A DNA stretch of 63,783 nucleotides, the filler included, from Bipalium vagum (lineage: Eukaryota), in assembly GCA_037834085.1 (NCBI GenBank). It is 3 parts of 3 records of this genome, joined end to end, with 100 filler letters (N's around TTAATTAATTAA, not from the genome) between each part and the next. Parts side by side here need not be neighbours in the genome. Positions count along the whole stretch, not along the records: positions 1 to 27,310 come from JBBMKC010095887.1; 2 more parts are not named here. One strand, 5' to 3'. The position numbers were made by a program, and so were the translations under genes. The notes under the pieces were generated by a model, which was not told the DNA's origin, made no database searches, and worked only from the letters and a program-made list of their open reading frames with translations. Positions within the stretch are counted from its first letter, which is position 1, and every line of letters starts with the position of its first letter. Of this stretch, positions 1-14,000 are shown one piece after another.

Positions 1-73
<73 letters not shown>
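1..73. repeat. (TAA)n microsatellite at window start
   Basis: Perfect TAA tandem repeat. Confidence 0.98.
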
Positions 74-74
<1 letters not shown>

Positions 75-149
75 GGACAACGATGTTTATAATAATATGA
101 AAAAGAAATAATAAATATAAATAATAATAAAAATAGAAGTAGACTAAGT

Positions 150-620
150 AGACTGTGATTAAAGAGAAATTAGAAAATGTTCCAGATGCCAAATTGCAAC
201 AGATATCAATTATACTCCAACTGCTCCGTGGCTGGAGAAACACCCACTCAAGACTATACACAGCCATAGAATCAAGTTACAAGGAAACGTGTCTGGTCTT
301 GATAAGTGGAGACTGCTGCTGCTCTATAATAGACATAAAAGAGACTACCATCAACCAGGTAGGTAGTTGCACAACCAATCAACAGTCGAGAAATCCAAAT
401 ACACACTCGCATTTGTCAACAAATCGACATCATACATGGAGTAGCAGCAAACAGATCATGTAATGTCCGAAATTAGAATGAAAAAGCGCCAACTAAATTT
501 GAAAGTACCGGATTCATATCCCCGACCACACAGACTGATACATTATTATCTGGGCTTAATTAATTAATTATATTTGATAATGGCAAGGATCAGGATGTCA
601 ACCACATTCAAAAACATTAA
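150..620 (+). mobile_element. Possible decayed C-terminal fragment of a restriction-like-endonuclease non-LTR retrotransposon (R2/R4/NeSL type)
   Basis: GC-richer block. Different frames give C-T-T-N...EIQIHTRICQ...DHVMSEI (resembles CCHC knuckle plus RHD.V) and a frameshifted DV/TTFKN (resembles DVT.PFEN). Heavily degenerate. Confidence 0.3.
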
Positions 621-707
621 GTAAGGTAAGTCATGTGTAAAAAATTAATCATGTGACTTAAGCGTAAAATCTTTTTGAAATGCATGCCAAATTCTGATAA
701 TCGATAA

Positions 708-1530
708 TTATTTTATTGAAAAAAATCCAATACCTCGACAAGCTCCCTTGTATGCCACTTGTATCTCCAGTCCATTCTGAATGCTGGCTTTTTTCAGATA
801 ACAGCGATTCGAATACGTTACATTGTCCACTCCACAGATCGGATCGTAAGCTTTGTTGGCACATGACAAGTTATCGTTCACACATTTGACTTGTCCTTGT
901 AATGTTAAAACACATTTCTTGTTCTTCTTATGGCAATTAATAAGTTCGCAACCAGTCTGGCGACATGGTACCACTGTGTTTTGAACATTGGTCCAACACG
1001 ACTCCAAATGCAGTTCACACATATTTTTATAACGTCGACCATTATCCAAACAGACCGGACCGCTCGTTCGTTGTTCTTCACTGCATTTACAATCCGAAGA
1101 GCAAATACTGCCGGTTTCTGTCAAAATACAAAACTGACCTTCAGGACACAATTTTCCCACACAATAATCTTAAACATATAAACCAAAGTTTTACAGTACA
1201 CAAAGAATCATATATAAGTTCATACCTTCACCACACGATCTTTCACAATTTGGAATAGTATGTTGATTCAAAAATGTGGCCAAGAATAGTTGACCTTCAT
1301 TAGGTTCACGAACAAAAAAGCCCCCTTGTTGACAACATTTTCTCCTGGTCATATAACCAATAAAAGATTTACATCCTTTTGGTGTCCTCTTCAGAAAACA
1401 AGCTCCCGCTACAAACATTAATCATCAAAAATTAAAAGGTTAAAATCTCACTTTTAAAACTGGTTGTAGATACATGACTGCATATGTTCAGGACAACTGA
1501 TAGTAAAGTTAGTGGCAACGTTAAAAGCAT
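708..1530 (-). CDS. fst: Follistatin-family secreted activin/BMP antagonist, about 240 aa; exons 1530-1452, 1408-1226, 1168-708
   Basis: Signal peptide MLLTLPLTLLSVVLNICSHVS, follistatin N-terminal domain (GACFLKRTPKGCK...RKCC...PNC), then two EGF-like/Kazal FS modules (GPVCLDNGRRYKNMCEL; PICGVDNVTYSNRCYLKKAS...VAYKGAC). GT-AG introns of 43 and 57 nt keep frame. The C-terminal tail could be alternatively spliced at CGAG/GTATT near 733. Confidence 0.9.
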
Positions 1531-1591
1531 TTTATTCTGTTTTTTAAAACTGTTAATAATATTTAATTAATAGACACTCCTCAACTGAATC

Positions 1592-1676
1592 TATTTATAC
1601 AGTTAGGGCTGCAAAAATTACACCGCTAATTTTATCCATTCAAAAGTTTACTCGCATTCTATTGGTCAACTGACAG
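1592..1676 (-). promoter_or_regulatory. Candidate follistatin core promoter: TATA box (TATAAATA 1599-1592), CCAAT box (1665-1661), adjacent TGACAG (1671-1676, + strand)
   Basis: Motifs in canonical order and spacing 60-145 nt upstream of the ATG. Motif matches only. Confidence 0.5.
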
Positions 1677-2308
1677 GCACACTTAAAACTATTAATTAAC
1701 TTAGTTTTCATTCTTATTTTTGGAACTTATTTGTTTTTTCAAGGATTTTCTATACCAATATGCCAAACAACTTTTCCTAATTGGAAACAATTCATAATAA
1801 TCTAAGGACAATAATGATAAGAAAAAATTGAGCTATCATACTTATGAAATTGACAACATTCGTTAGATATTAAATAATTTTAAAACTTGTTCATTTAAAA
1901 AAATAATCGACCAATATTATCCAAATTTAAAGCAACTTTAGTTTCCACTGAAGTCCAAAATATTGGAGGTGCAAATTTTCCATTTATTTTCATTTGTTTC
2001 TAAATGTAAAATTATTGATTATTTATCAGTATCGTTACTAAAATATTCTTTCAATTTCTAATAACGAAACGTGTAAATATCACATAAAACAAGATTATTA
2101 CATAATACTGTCTAGAGTTAAAGTCTAGACTGCACTACACCGGTCAATAATTAAAAAGAAAAGATATGGAATTAATTTATGTACCAAAATAATCACAGAA
2201 GTTTGTTTTGAAAAAAATATTTGTCACATGGTTGTTGGAAATAATAATAACAACAAACATTAAATAACAATTTGAATAAGTCCGAATTATTAATAAGAAA
2301 AAGTTGTT

Positions 2309-5171
2309 CTAATTCTGAATTACAGATGCTTGGACGTTTGGTGTAAGTATCGTTAATCTGGTTTTCTGTTCTATATAAATAAAAGAAATGGTGCCGATCA
2401 CTCCTGTGATTGACAGAATAAGTAATTGCCACTGCATCGAGAGATATATGCTGTAAAAAAATCCCGCTGCAGATGCTAGAGACTAAATAAAATGATATTA
2501 TTATTATTATTAAAATTCAACACAATGATAAAAGTTAACATGGTAGTTTGAGCGATAGATGTAAAGTGATTATTTTTCTATGAAACGTGTTTTCTATAAA
2601 TAAAGTTACGTCTAAGTAAAGAAGCAAAATCTTTTTTCTTTACTGAACATTAAAGAATACAAGAAAATAAAATAAAAAAATACAATTTTGTTTTTATTTT
2701 TACTTAAAAAATAAAATTTAAAGAAACATTGGAACACTTGGTTTTACGTATATACCTGGTTTTAGTATCTACATGTTATATATTTTAATATAATTTTACG
2801 TAAGACTAAATCACGATAAAAGAGCTCTCAAAATCTCCAAAATATCGAAGTTTCATATGTTTTGAAGAACATTTTCAATACTAACAATTGGATAATTAAT
2901 TATTTCTAATTTAAATAAAAGGTAATAAACAATTTAGATTTTTTCTATTATTTCCCGAAGAAATTATTGAATTTCATTTATGAATGTTACTTATTATTAT
3001 AAGTAGTATTTTAACAAAATAGTGTGAATATAATGACTTTAAAATAAAAAATACCCGGACAAAATAAAATATTGCAAAGGCTGAAGGATTGTCAAGACCC
3101 TTGTAAGTATTCCCCAATAAAGCCATTATTTGAATATTGAAAATCCCATCTCCAAATCCTAACATAAAACCACACAGAATGACAACGGAAGCTCTAAAGA
3201 TTAAATATTCAAAAGTGCAGCTCAATATATAAAAATTTTCAAAAATCCCAAAGATCATATTAAAAGGACTTTGATGTGTTAAGAAAGAAAATAAGATTTG
3301 TGATTACTTAAACTTTTTAATAATAATGATTGTGAAAATACATTTTGTGGAATATTTTATTTTTATTATTGTTATTAAAATTGACAGTACGATGCTGAAA
3401 ACAAAATTGGCTGAAGAGTCTATAAAAATCACACTTAATATGCACTTTAATTCATCATATGATCAGCAAAAATTCAGATAATTAACATTTGGTCTTTTTT
3501 AAACGTGTAAAGTTTCGTAATAACTAATTTATTATTAATTAACAGATTAAATTGAGACATTAGATTTATTTTCTACTTTCAGACTTGTCTTATATTAACC
3601 CTTATCTAAGAATAATCTGAAAGTGTAATAAAAATAATAAAATTATTAACAAAGTTATAATGCTAGATTTAAAATTGATATTAATTTAAAATTCGCATTT
3701 GATCAATAAATGTCAAATTTTATTTTACACCAAAGAGTGCATTTGTTAAATTTTTTTACATAAAATTCAAAATCTCAAGGTATATAAATCATCAAAAAAG
3801 ATATAATTATCAAAGAAAATAAAAATAAAACTCTTTATATGTCGAATACGGACTCTTTTTTTCCTATTGTTGTCTTTATCATTATAATTATTATTAATTA
3901 TTTTAATAATTAACTCTGAAAATCTAAAAAATTTTTAGAGTTTATTAAACTTTATAATAATTCATTTTAACAACAAAGCTAGTTTACAACCTAATTATTT
4001 CGTAATATTCTGTGACTGAAAAAATAGATCAATGTTTTAATTATACTAAGTAGACAAGGATAATAAAAACTAAAAATATATTCTTAAAAATCAAAAATAA
4101 ACTTAAAATATTTTAAAAATAAAATGAATATCATACGACTATTAATTATGAAAAAAATTCTAATTTCGATAACAAATAATAACATACTGCCATGTGTACA
4201 TATAAAATAATATTATAAATATAAATATTCAATATTTCCTGGTTACATTCTACAATTTTCACGAAATATTCAAAAATTCATTGATTAACTTTTTGGAAAA
4301 AATAATTTAAATGAATCAAGATATTTTTATTTTTATTATTATTATTATTATTATTAATGTGTCTGACGGAGTTCTCTCAGAAATTTACAAACTTAAAAAT
4401 CAAATAATCGGAGTCAACAAGATTAAGCTGTCCTCTATAATATTATTTACTGTAAAATGCAGAATAAATCATCAAACGAGTTTTTTCAGCATGAGGTCCT
4501 TTCCAAAATGAATTTTTATTTTAATATAAATGACTGACATGAATTAAAGCACATTTTTGGACATTATCAACCAACAACAAATTGAAAAGATCACTTATTA
4601 ATGGCAATATGTTGCATTGACAACAAATGAAAAACTAAGACGTGAACAGGAAAAAAGTAATTTGGTAAAAAATTTAATAAAATGTTTATTTTGAGAAAAT
4701 AGGAAAACTTAGATTTCAAGTTAATAAAAAAGTTCATAAAATATGCCAGAATGAGAGACAATAATGCACGTGTAATTAATGGGAGTCATGTGAAGAATCA
4801 TTTTTACTATAAAAATGATTGAAAATTACATTAGTGAATCAGAATTTCATAATCATACTGAAAAAATTATTATTAATAATTTTGTATTTAAATAAAATTA
4901 CCTCAGATCAATTATATGTGCTTAGAGGTTAATTTTAATTTCTCAATTGTAACTCAAAAAATAATTGCAATTGTTTAAATTATTTCGAAAAACTGAGATA
5001 TTTAATTTTTAAAATTAAAAGACCATGTTTATATTTAATTAAAACTAATTTATTAACTATTAATGACTGTACTGTGTAACATGATGGTATGTAAATAGAA
5101 ATTTAAAAAAGAATAATAATAAAAAATAAAATAAAATACTACTACTACTACTACTAATAATAATAATAATA

Positions 5172-5202
<31 letters not shown>

Positions 5203-8200
5203 GTATCATCAAAAGTCATCATTATGACAACAAGATTTTAAAAAATTAATTAATTTGTAATTAAAATCGAAATCCAATAAAAATTAAAATAATTCAATAA
5301 AATAATTTTAAATGAAATAATAAATTAATTAATTAAATTAATTAAATTTTTAAATAATCACTAAAATAATGTTAGTATTTACGGGAAATATAAAAGGTAA
5401 AACTCTCTTTAGACCTTAGTATTGTTCAATACATTGCACATATATGATATCAGATATTTTAATTGATTTATTCTACCAAAATTTGAATCTACATAAAACT
5501 TTTCTTTTTCAATAATAAAGTGATTTTGTTGATATCGTTATAATATTCACATCAAAAAAGAGAACTAATATTTTTTTATCATTTTCATTATAGAAATTGA
5601 ATTTTTCATTAGATTCTATGATTAACTAGATATCTACTATTTCAATAATAATATTTTTAGAAAATCGATTTGATTTTTCTTTTCCTACTACTAAATACTG
5701 ATGAAAACATTTTCTCATAATTCCGCGATAACATTACAGTCATAAAGATTAATGTTTTTTAATTTCCCCTATATCGAAAGGTTTAAGGTTAATTCAAAAC
5801 TTCTCGCGTGGTTTTCTCTTGTGATGCTCAGTGAGCTCGGTAAAAGTTCACATTTATCGTTCTAGGGGTCACGTACGTAACTCACTGACAAATTTTAACT
5901 TAATTAACTATGACATTAAAAAAATAACAAATCAAATTGTTATTGCTTTATTTATTATACCGTTTTCTAACTTATATTTTTATAAATATAAATAAAGAAA
6001 TCCACAAAGGATTTTAGGATAAAATATATTTTATATAATGAAAAAAAAATTACCTTGGTGTAATATATGTGAAACCTGAACTGGAACCGCGAGTCGAGTC
6101 AAAAGGTAGACTTAAAAAGATTAGATAGAAGCTAATAATATGGACAAACAGTCCACAAATAACTATGAAATCCGGGGCCAGATTCTTAAAAATTCGAGGT
6201 AATATATTGAAAATCACTGAACCTAAATTAATATGCATTTACTGAAATAATGTTACTAAAATCAATATTGAAATATATCAAATAATATCACTATAATCTA
6301 CATAAAAAATAAAATGAAAAAACACTCTTAATGTAATGTATCGTTGATAAAGATAACGGATTTTTTTATACAAGATAGAAACTTTACCAGAAAATATTTT
6401 GAAAAAACCCAAAGGAATAAATTGTTTAGGTAAGATTAAGGGGATTCATAACTTAAGGTACAAAACTTAAAATTAAATGATTTAGAGAATAAAAAAGTAA
6501 CATTCAATTTTTATTTATTTTAAACGAATATAAGAAATACAAAGTGTTTAATATTCAGAAACATCTTTTACTTTCTTCGTATTATTCTCTATTATGGTCT
6601 CTCAAAAAATGAGATAACATTCTCAACCTTTCTTTGAAATAAATAAATCAGTTTTTGTTAGTTGTGACAATAATAATTTTTCTAACATTCTATTTAACTC
6701 TTGATTTTTATGGTTAGACAGCTTCAAAATATTTTGATGTTAAATAAATTAAAGAAATCTTACATCATTTTTACAAGCTTCTTCATCTTATTTATTCTTT
6801 ATTTTATAATTCTTGTGAAAGAATTATAGTTTGTCTTTGAAATCATTGGAAAAAAAATTACTAAGATCACCGCTCTTTTTTCCAGTTTTTAAAAAAGTAT
6901 TACTTCCTGTATAAAAATATCAAATCGACATTAAAATGAACTTTGTTCAGCACTTGTGATTCACAATTTAAAATATTTTATGGTTTTATTATGAGATACA
7001 ATACTTGGTAAATCGATGTCTGAAAGGGCTTTAGTAATGATTTCTTACTCTGATATATAAACTCAGTCAATAATTTTGAAAATACCAAAAATATGGTACA
7101 CATCTTTATGATTAATATAAAAAATTTATCGAAAATAATTCTTTTACTAGAAGCTTAATAGACGAAAACAATTTTAAAGTGAAATAATTTTTTCTATTAA
7201 TAGTAATTTAATTATTTAATTTCGTATAATATATCAAAATTTTCATAATTTAAATAGTTTAAATTAGATTAGTAAACAATTAAAATTCAATAATTCAATT
7301 TTTCACTAGTTTATTAAACACGTCAGAAATTGACAGATAAATATAAATAATAAATTTTATTTTGCTATTAATAAAATTCAAAATATTTGGAAAAATTAAA
7401 AAAAATAATCTAATTTTAACATTATTAATTAATTCTTAACAAATTTAGCGAGATAAATATAGAAAATTATCACGAAAATAAATTAATAATCAATAAATTT
7501 AGTCTAAAAGAAAGTGACAACGACAATTTTCACTTATGTTTTATAATTAATATATCCATAATTCAAGCTGTATATATTAAGTGAAGAAAATAAATATTGA
7601 GAATAACAATAAAATTCAATAAAAACCAATAATTTTTAATTGAATTTTCTTTGAAAAACGTTTTTTAGTTAAAACTTTTTTTTTCCTGAAAGAAGTCCAC
7701 GTTTGAATTCAAATCGGTAACACCTACAACTTCCTGGGAACAATTTAGGGAATTATAAATAGACAACCAAACCAAGACAAATGTAACAAAGTGCGCTTTA
7801 CAAAGGTGGAAGAAATGCAACCACCAGCACCTTAGAAGGGATTTATTTATAATCACTTTTACTGACTAATTTCAGAATTTAAAAAGAATTGGAATCGAAA
7901 TGAAAATAGTAATTAATTTATAATTTCGTGGGACGCGTCGCTTAATAGCTAGTAAAAGGAATTTCGTTTCGAATCAGTGGGACATAGTAATCGATTATAT
8001 TATATAACCATTAAATGGAATTACATAAATGGTAACATTAATCAATTCACAGCGCAAAAGAATTTATTACTAATATAGTAAAAATATTAATCATATTCTT
8101 GTGCAACGAAAAGTTGGAATGAACCCATAATTAATATATAATAAAATCACAGATTATGTTTCGGAAATAGAGTCAATGGAAAATGTGAGTCGATTTCATC

Positions 8201-11025
8201 TTGAAAGTGAAAGAAAACTGTATGAGATATCATCCATTTCAATTAAAAATACTATTATTAGGAAATGTAAAATTCTATGAAAAAAGTGTTTTTTATTAAT
8301 AAAGATTATGCAACAAGATTAAATAATTAATTTAAATTCAGTGACAGATGCCAAAAGATCTTTTTATTACAAAATGTTTAATATCTAGATTATAATTGAT
8401 TTTATATTTATAATTTGAAATGAATTTATAGGGACATGAAACTTAATTATTGAAATTTTTAATTAATTTTAAATATTAATAATAATAATTATTGTTTGCA
8501 CTTCCAATTTTCTTTTGGAAGATAGCAGATGTGAATATTTTATTAAAATATATAATTTACCAGTTTTTATTTTAGAATTAAATTAAATATAAAATTTACT
8601 AAAAATTTAACGTTAAAGATAAATATTATTTATTATCAGAAATGGCTTAAATAAAATAATAATAAATTCAATTAAAGTGTTAGATATAATTAAATATATT
8701 GTGCTGATGTGTAAATATTATCGGTTTGTTTAATTTCATTAAATTTACAATACATACCCAAAGTAATTATTTGAAATAGAAAAAATAGATTGTAAAGAAT
8801 TAACATATCATTAATATTTTACTGTTAAAGTATAATTCGGAAGTAAACAGCAATAGTTAAAAGTAAGCACCGCATATAGAAAAGCCGCTTTTTGAAAATG
8901 AACGGCATAAAGATGGTTTTCTAGATTCATGGAAAGCAGTTGTTTGATGTGCCGCCTAACGGAAGAAAATTTGAATTAGATGAAGATTTTATAAATGATT
9001 GGTTACAATGAATTCCTTAATAGAATTAATGTTGACCAAATAACAATCGTAGGAAATTTCCATAAAATGGGAAAAGTTCAAACAATGGATGCATATAACT
9101 TCACAACAACGACATTAAGAGGTCTTTAGTTTCTTATTATTGCAATCCTTTTAACAAATATGGTTAATGGTGACTATAAAGGAGTTTAAGCAAAGAACAG
9201 AATGGTTTAATCGAGATTAGCAAAAAGCAGATTTTCGTCTCTAAAAAGTAATGCTTAGTAATGATTGAGATCAGACTGTAACCTCTTAAATTGACTACAA
9301 GCAAATGAGTTTTTTAGAGGCAGTAATTTGTTAGAAAAAACCAGAAACTCCACAAGTGATTTTGCAACATACAATTCCTGATTGTATTCATTTATGATGA
9401 CAAAATCACCTAGTTGGAATACTCAACATATTATAATCTATTAGATTTCTATCTGTGATTTCCTGTAAGAATGATGTTCACAACTAATGTTGGGTTGAAG
9501 AATTTTTTTTATCAAAACCTGTAGATTTTTCAAGTGAATAGAAAGGCTGCCGATAAGTTAGAGTACATTTATAAACAATTAAAGAGAATGTCACATGTGA
9601 TATATATAATGGTGAATTAAATAAATAATAATTATTATAAGTTCATCTTAAAGTAATCTGAGAGAAAGTCTTTAAATTTTTAGTCTCATTTTAAAAATCT
9701 ATGCTATCTTTAATTGTCATTGTCACCATTTTCTAATTTCATAATTTTTTATTATCCAATGTTATTTTCAGACAATGGAATTATTTTGTACATACCAAAC
9801 AATTCCATAGAATTAGTTATAAGAAAGTTATTAGTTATTTTTCTAATATAAAATTAAATTGAATAATTCTCAAATGGTTTATAGAAATCAAAAAATTCCT
9901 ATGGATTTCTTCTTTATAAAATATTAAAACAAAAACAATTTTTATTGGTTAACTCAAACGTGAAAATTACTAATATCACAGAGATCATGAATAAAACGAT
10001 CAATTACTTGTGATTTCACCCAAACCGATCATGATACCAATCAATCCAACATAGCCTTTGGCGCTATCACCGAAATACTCAGTTTGACCGACAGCAGTCC
10101 CATACACGCCCGAAAAAAAAGTCAATTCCAAACCTGGGATAAAATAAAATTCTGAAAACATTTAACATTACACTGGCTTTTAAAAAGTGATTCACAGAAT
10201 ATATCACCACACATTTTAATTATTGTTGATTTTATCTTAATGTGGGTGGGGGCTTTTACGATTTTTTCACACATTTCTGATATCTGTTTCTCTGGAAAAT
10301 ACGACATCTATTTATAACAATGTTGACATCAATATTGTGGCGTAAAAAAGAAAACAAAACTTCAGAAAATAATCACGGGTGTTTGGATTTGGAAAAGAGT
10401 AAATAAAACTCAGTTTTGTTTAAAATTAATAGTTTAATAATTAATATTTATTAATGAAAAGTATATATTTAAAATAAATCTTTTCTAAAATATGTTTTCT
10501 TATTTATCGAACTTTGACAAACAATCGATAAGTTGGTAAAATTTTGTTTTTTCAAATTTTGTAGGAAAATTAAAATAAAAAATTATTAAACTATATTTGA
10601 TACATTTATTGATTTAATATCAGTATCAGGTCTAATTTTCAGTGTTATTTTGGACACGATTGAAACTGAAAAGATAAAAAACACAGTTACATGAAAGTGA
10701 TATTTCCACAATTTGTCCACAAAATATTGCATTGGCATCTAGTGTTCATTCATATCTATTTTTCTTTGCGGTAGCGAAACATGGACATATGGCTATAATT
10801 ACTCAGACAGGAAAAAATTGTCAATGAAATTCTATGTGGAAATTATCGTTACCAAATTTCGGCAATGATATTTTATCATGGACAATATGGGATGATAGGT
10901 CATGCCATTATTTCTGTCTGAAGATTGAGTAAATAAGAATGTTGGTGTTCATTATATAATCTTTCAAACAAGTTTAACAAATATTAAAAACATCGAAAAT
11001 AGACGATTAAAACCTAATCATTTTT

Positions 11026-11087
<62 letters not shown>

Positions 11088-14000
11088 TTCACGTTTCATA
11101 ATAATAATATTATTAATAATAAATTAATTAAATAATATGAAAAGAAAAATATTATACATCACTCGATTTAGTTAAAACATTTAATTGATAATATGTTAAA
11201 ATACGCTAGATTATATTAGACATCACGGGTTTAATATTGACTTACCTTATTTTTAATATTAAAAATAAATAATAATTAATTTTTACACGGTTTTTAGAAT
11301 GTACCATTAGACAGTTTTTGCCTTCATTACCCATCCTCAACGGCAAAGTCTCAAATAAAAAACAACATATGATGAAATTTTATATAAATATAAAAATTGA
11401 TAGTTAATTATTTTCCAAAGTCATTTTGGCCGTAAGGTGATAATATGGTGCCATTAATTGAAACGAATCATAATTATTTAGAAAACTTTCTAAAAATGAA
11501 ATTATAAAATCATTAGTATAAAAAAACATTAATTTATCAAATAAGAGATAATTATAAAAATTATTATTCCGGAAATAAGTAAAAGTAATGAAATTTTATG
11601 AAGATTGATACAATATTAAGAAAATTTTGAAAAGAAATTGAAGAATATTCATAATAAACAATTCACATTTTTGTTTTGCTACATAGGAAAAAATTATAAT
11701 GAACAGAGAATGACTGTTCTTGTTCTTTGAATTAACTTTCACAGACACTTCAATTTAAAATGAAAAGAAAATCACTAAGTAAAGCTATACATTTTATGAG
11801 GAAATAATATCAACTCTGTTTTATTATGAAAATAAATATAAAAACTGTTTTTCCACAAAACTTAAACAAATAAATGAAATTTCAACCTGCATATATAAAC
11901 ACAAATTGAAGCAGGAGCATATTCGTGGTTCGTACCAGTCGAAATGATTGAACTGTAAATAAATGCAACTTAAGATTGGAAATAAAATTCTATCAGATTG
12001 TTACTACTGACAATTTTCATTAGATAAATATCAAGTAATAATAATGTGATGGTAGTAATAATAATAAATTTATAAAATGATCAAGGTTCACAGTTCTTTT
12101 TAGATTGTAACATATGTATAAAAATTGATTACTAAATATAAAAACGATTTAGCACATAAGTATGACTAGAAAGTAAAATTTAACGTTATACATTTTTCAA
12201 TGGCAAAATTAAGAAAAAAACAACTTTTATTAAATGAAATTCATGGGTTATATAAAACTATTATCAAACTTCAACTGTCCTCATAATTATATTACTAAAA
12301 CTGAGGTCCACAACTAATTATAACTCAGAAAATATAAAAATATTCAATTTTGTTCACAAAATTAAAAATAATATATTGAAAAAAAAGATTTGTTTTAATT
12401 ATTGTTAGGCAATGACCTCTATTAATTAGACTAATTAATGTAGTTTATTGATTTTATAAAAATAATAAATACTTTTATAGATTTTAAATGTAAAATTGTT
12501 ACAATTTTTTAATTTCAAAATCATTTAAAAGGTTTTTATATATCCACCATTTAAATAAAGTTTATTAATCGATCGATTTTAGGAAAATATAATTAATATT
12601 AAAATATTAATATTATTAACTTTAAAAAATCTCGTTAATCTTTATTTACTTTAGAAGATCTTTTCCCTTTCTTATTTCTTATAATCTTAGTTTTTATTTT
12701 CCTGCGCAAAAATCCGGAAATTGAAAAAAATTTGAAGCCATAAATCTAAGATATATTTTAAACAAATAATACGTTTCACAAATTGGTTAAGCGAACGACC
12801 AATTTCAATGGGTTTATCATTTTTTAATTTTATATTAATCCAACAACTCAAATAAGGGTTAAGAAAATGTGAATAGCCAAATTATTCATTTGATATGATC
12901 CCCAATAAATAATTTCGATAATAAAACTATTTCAAATGAGGTTTTGAGATATAGACTCATCAACCATTAATGCAATAAGTAGCACATTCCCATCAGATTT
13001 CTACTGTTAAACTTCAACAGTAATTAGATGTTATAAAAGAGTGTTGATAAAAGAAAGTATAATTAATTTTACCAAAGTTAATTATTACAAAATTATTATA
13101 AGAAGCTTGCTTAGTAAAGTAACTCATTGATAAGATACAAGCAAATGGATAAAAATCGACCTTCAAAAAACTGGGCAATATTTAACCAAATAGAAACTCC
13201 AAACATTAAAAATTGAAAAAACGGTCTACCTACCATCATAACTTTTCGAATTCTATATTTTTATACCAGGAGACAATTATTAAATTATCCGTGTACATAA
13301 TCCATTTTCTCCAGTTTTCTATACCACCCAGAAGAATAAATCTACCGATATAGCATAAATTATTATTTATGTTTTCCTTTAATTATAATTAAGGCAGTGC
13401 GTATTTACATTAATTTTCAATTACAGATCTAAATATATAACATTCCCTAAAGTCTTAACAGTCTGAATCCTATTTTCTCCCTAATATTTGTGAATTATAA
13501 TTTTCATAATTAATTCAATTATTAATTGTATTTATGCAAAAAATCTCAAAGCAACATCTTATTGTTTAGGATTTTTATTTTAATATATTTAAATGCATCA
13601 TTATTTAAAGATACATTCATCGTTATTATTATTGGCGATTATTATAATGGCCATTTGCCAATCAAACGCTGATTCACTTCTCAACAAATTAAATTATATA
13701 TATGGATAAGAAATATTTTGATATCATATTTGATCTTATTTTCATTTTAAAATCTTTTCCAGTCAAAACTACTTCAAAATTTGAAATACGTTGTAATATC
13801 TATCATATGTCGAGTAATTAATCATATTTCATATGATATTGACTAAAGTTCAGCAATTTTCCTTCAGACTACCATTAATTGACCACAATTGATCCACAAT
13901 AATTGTTTTAATCAATTGTTTCATTCATTCTTAGACATTCTCGATAAGACTAAAATTTCAGTTCATAAAAAGTATAGGTCCAAAATATCGTTGACATCCG

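Noticed and set aside
930-1258. + strand ORFs over follistatin (also 32667-32858 over HINT1)
   Set aside because: Antisense shadows of real coding exons
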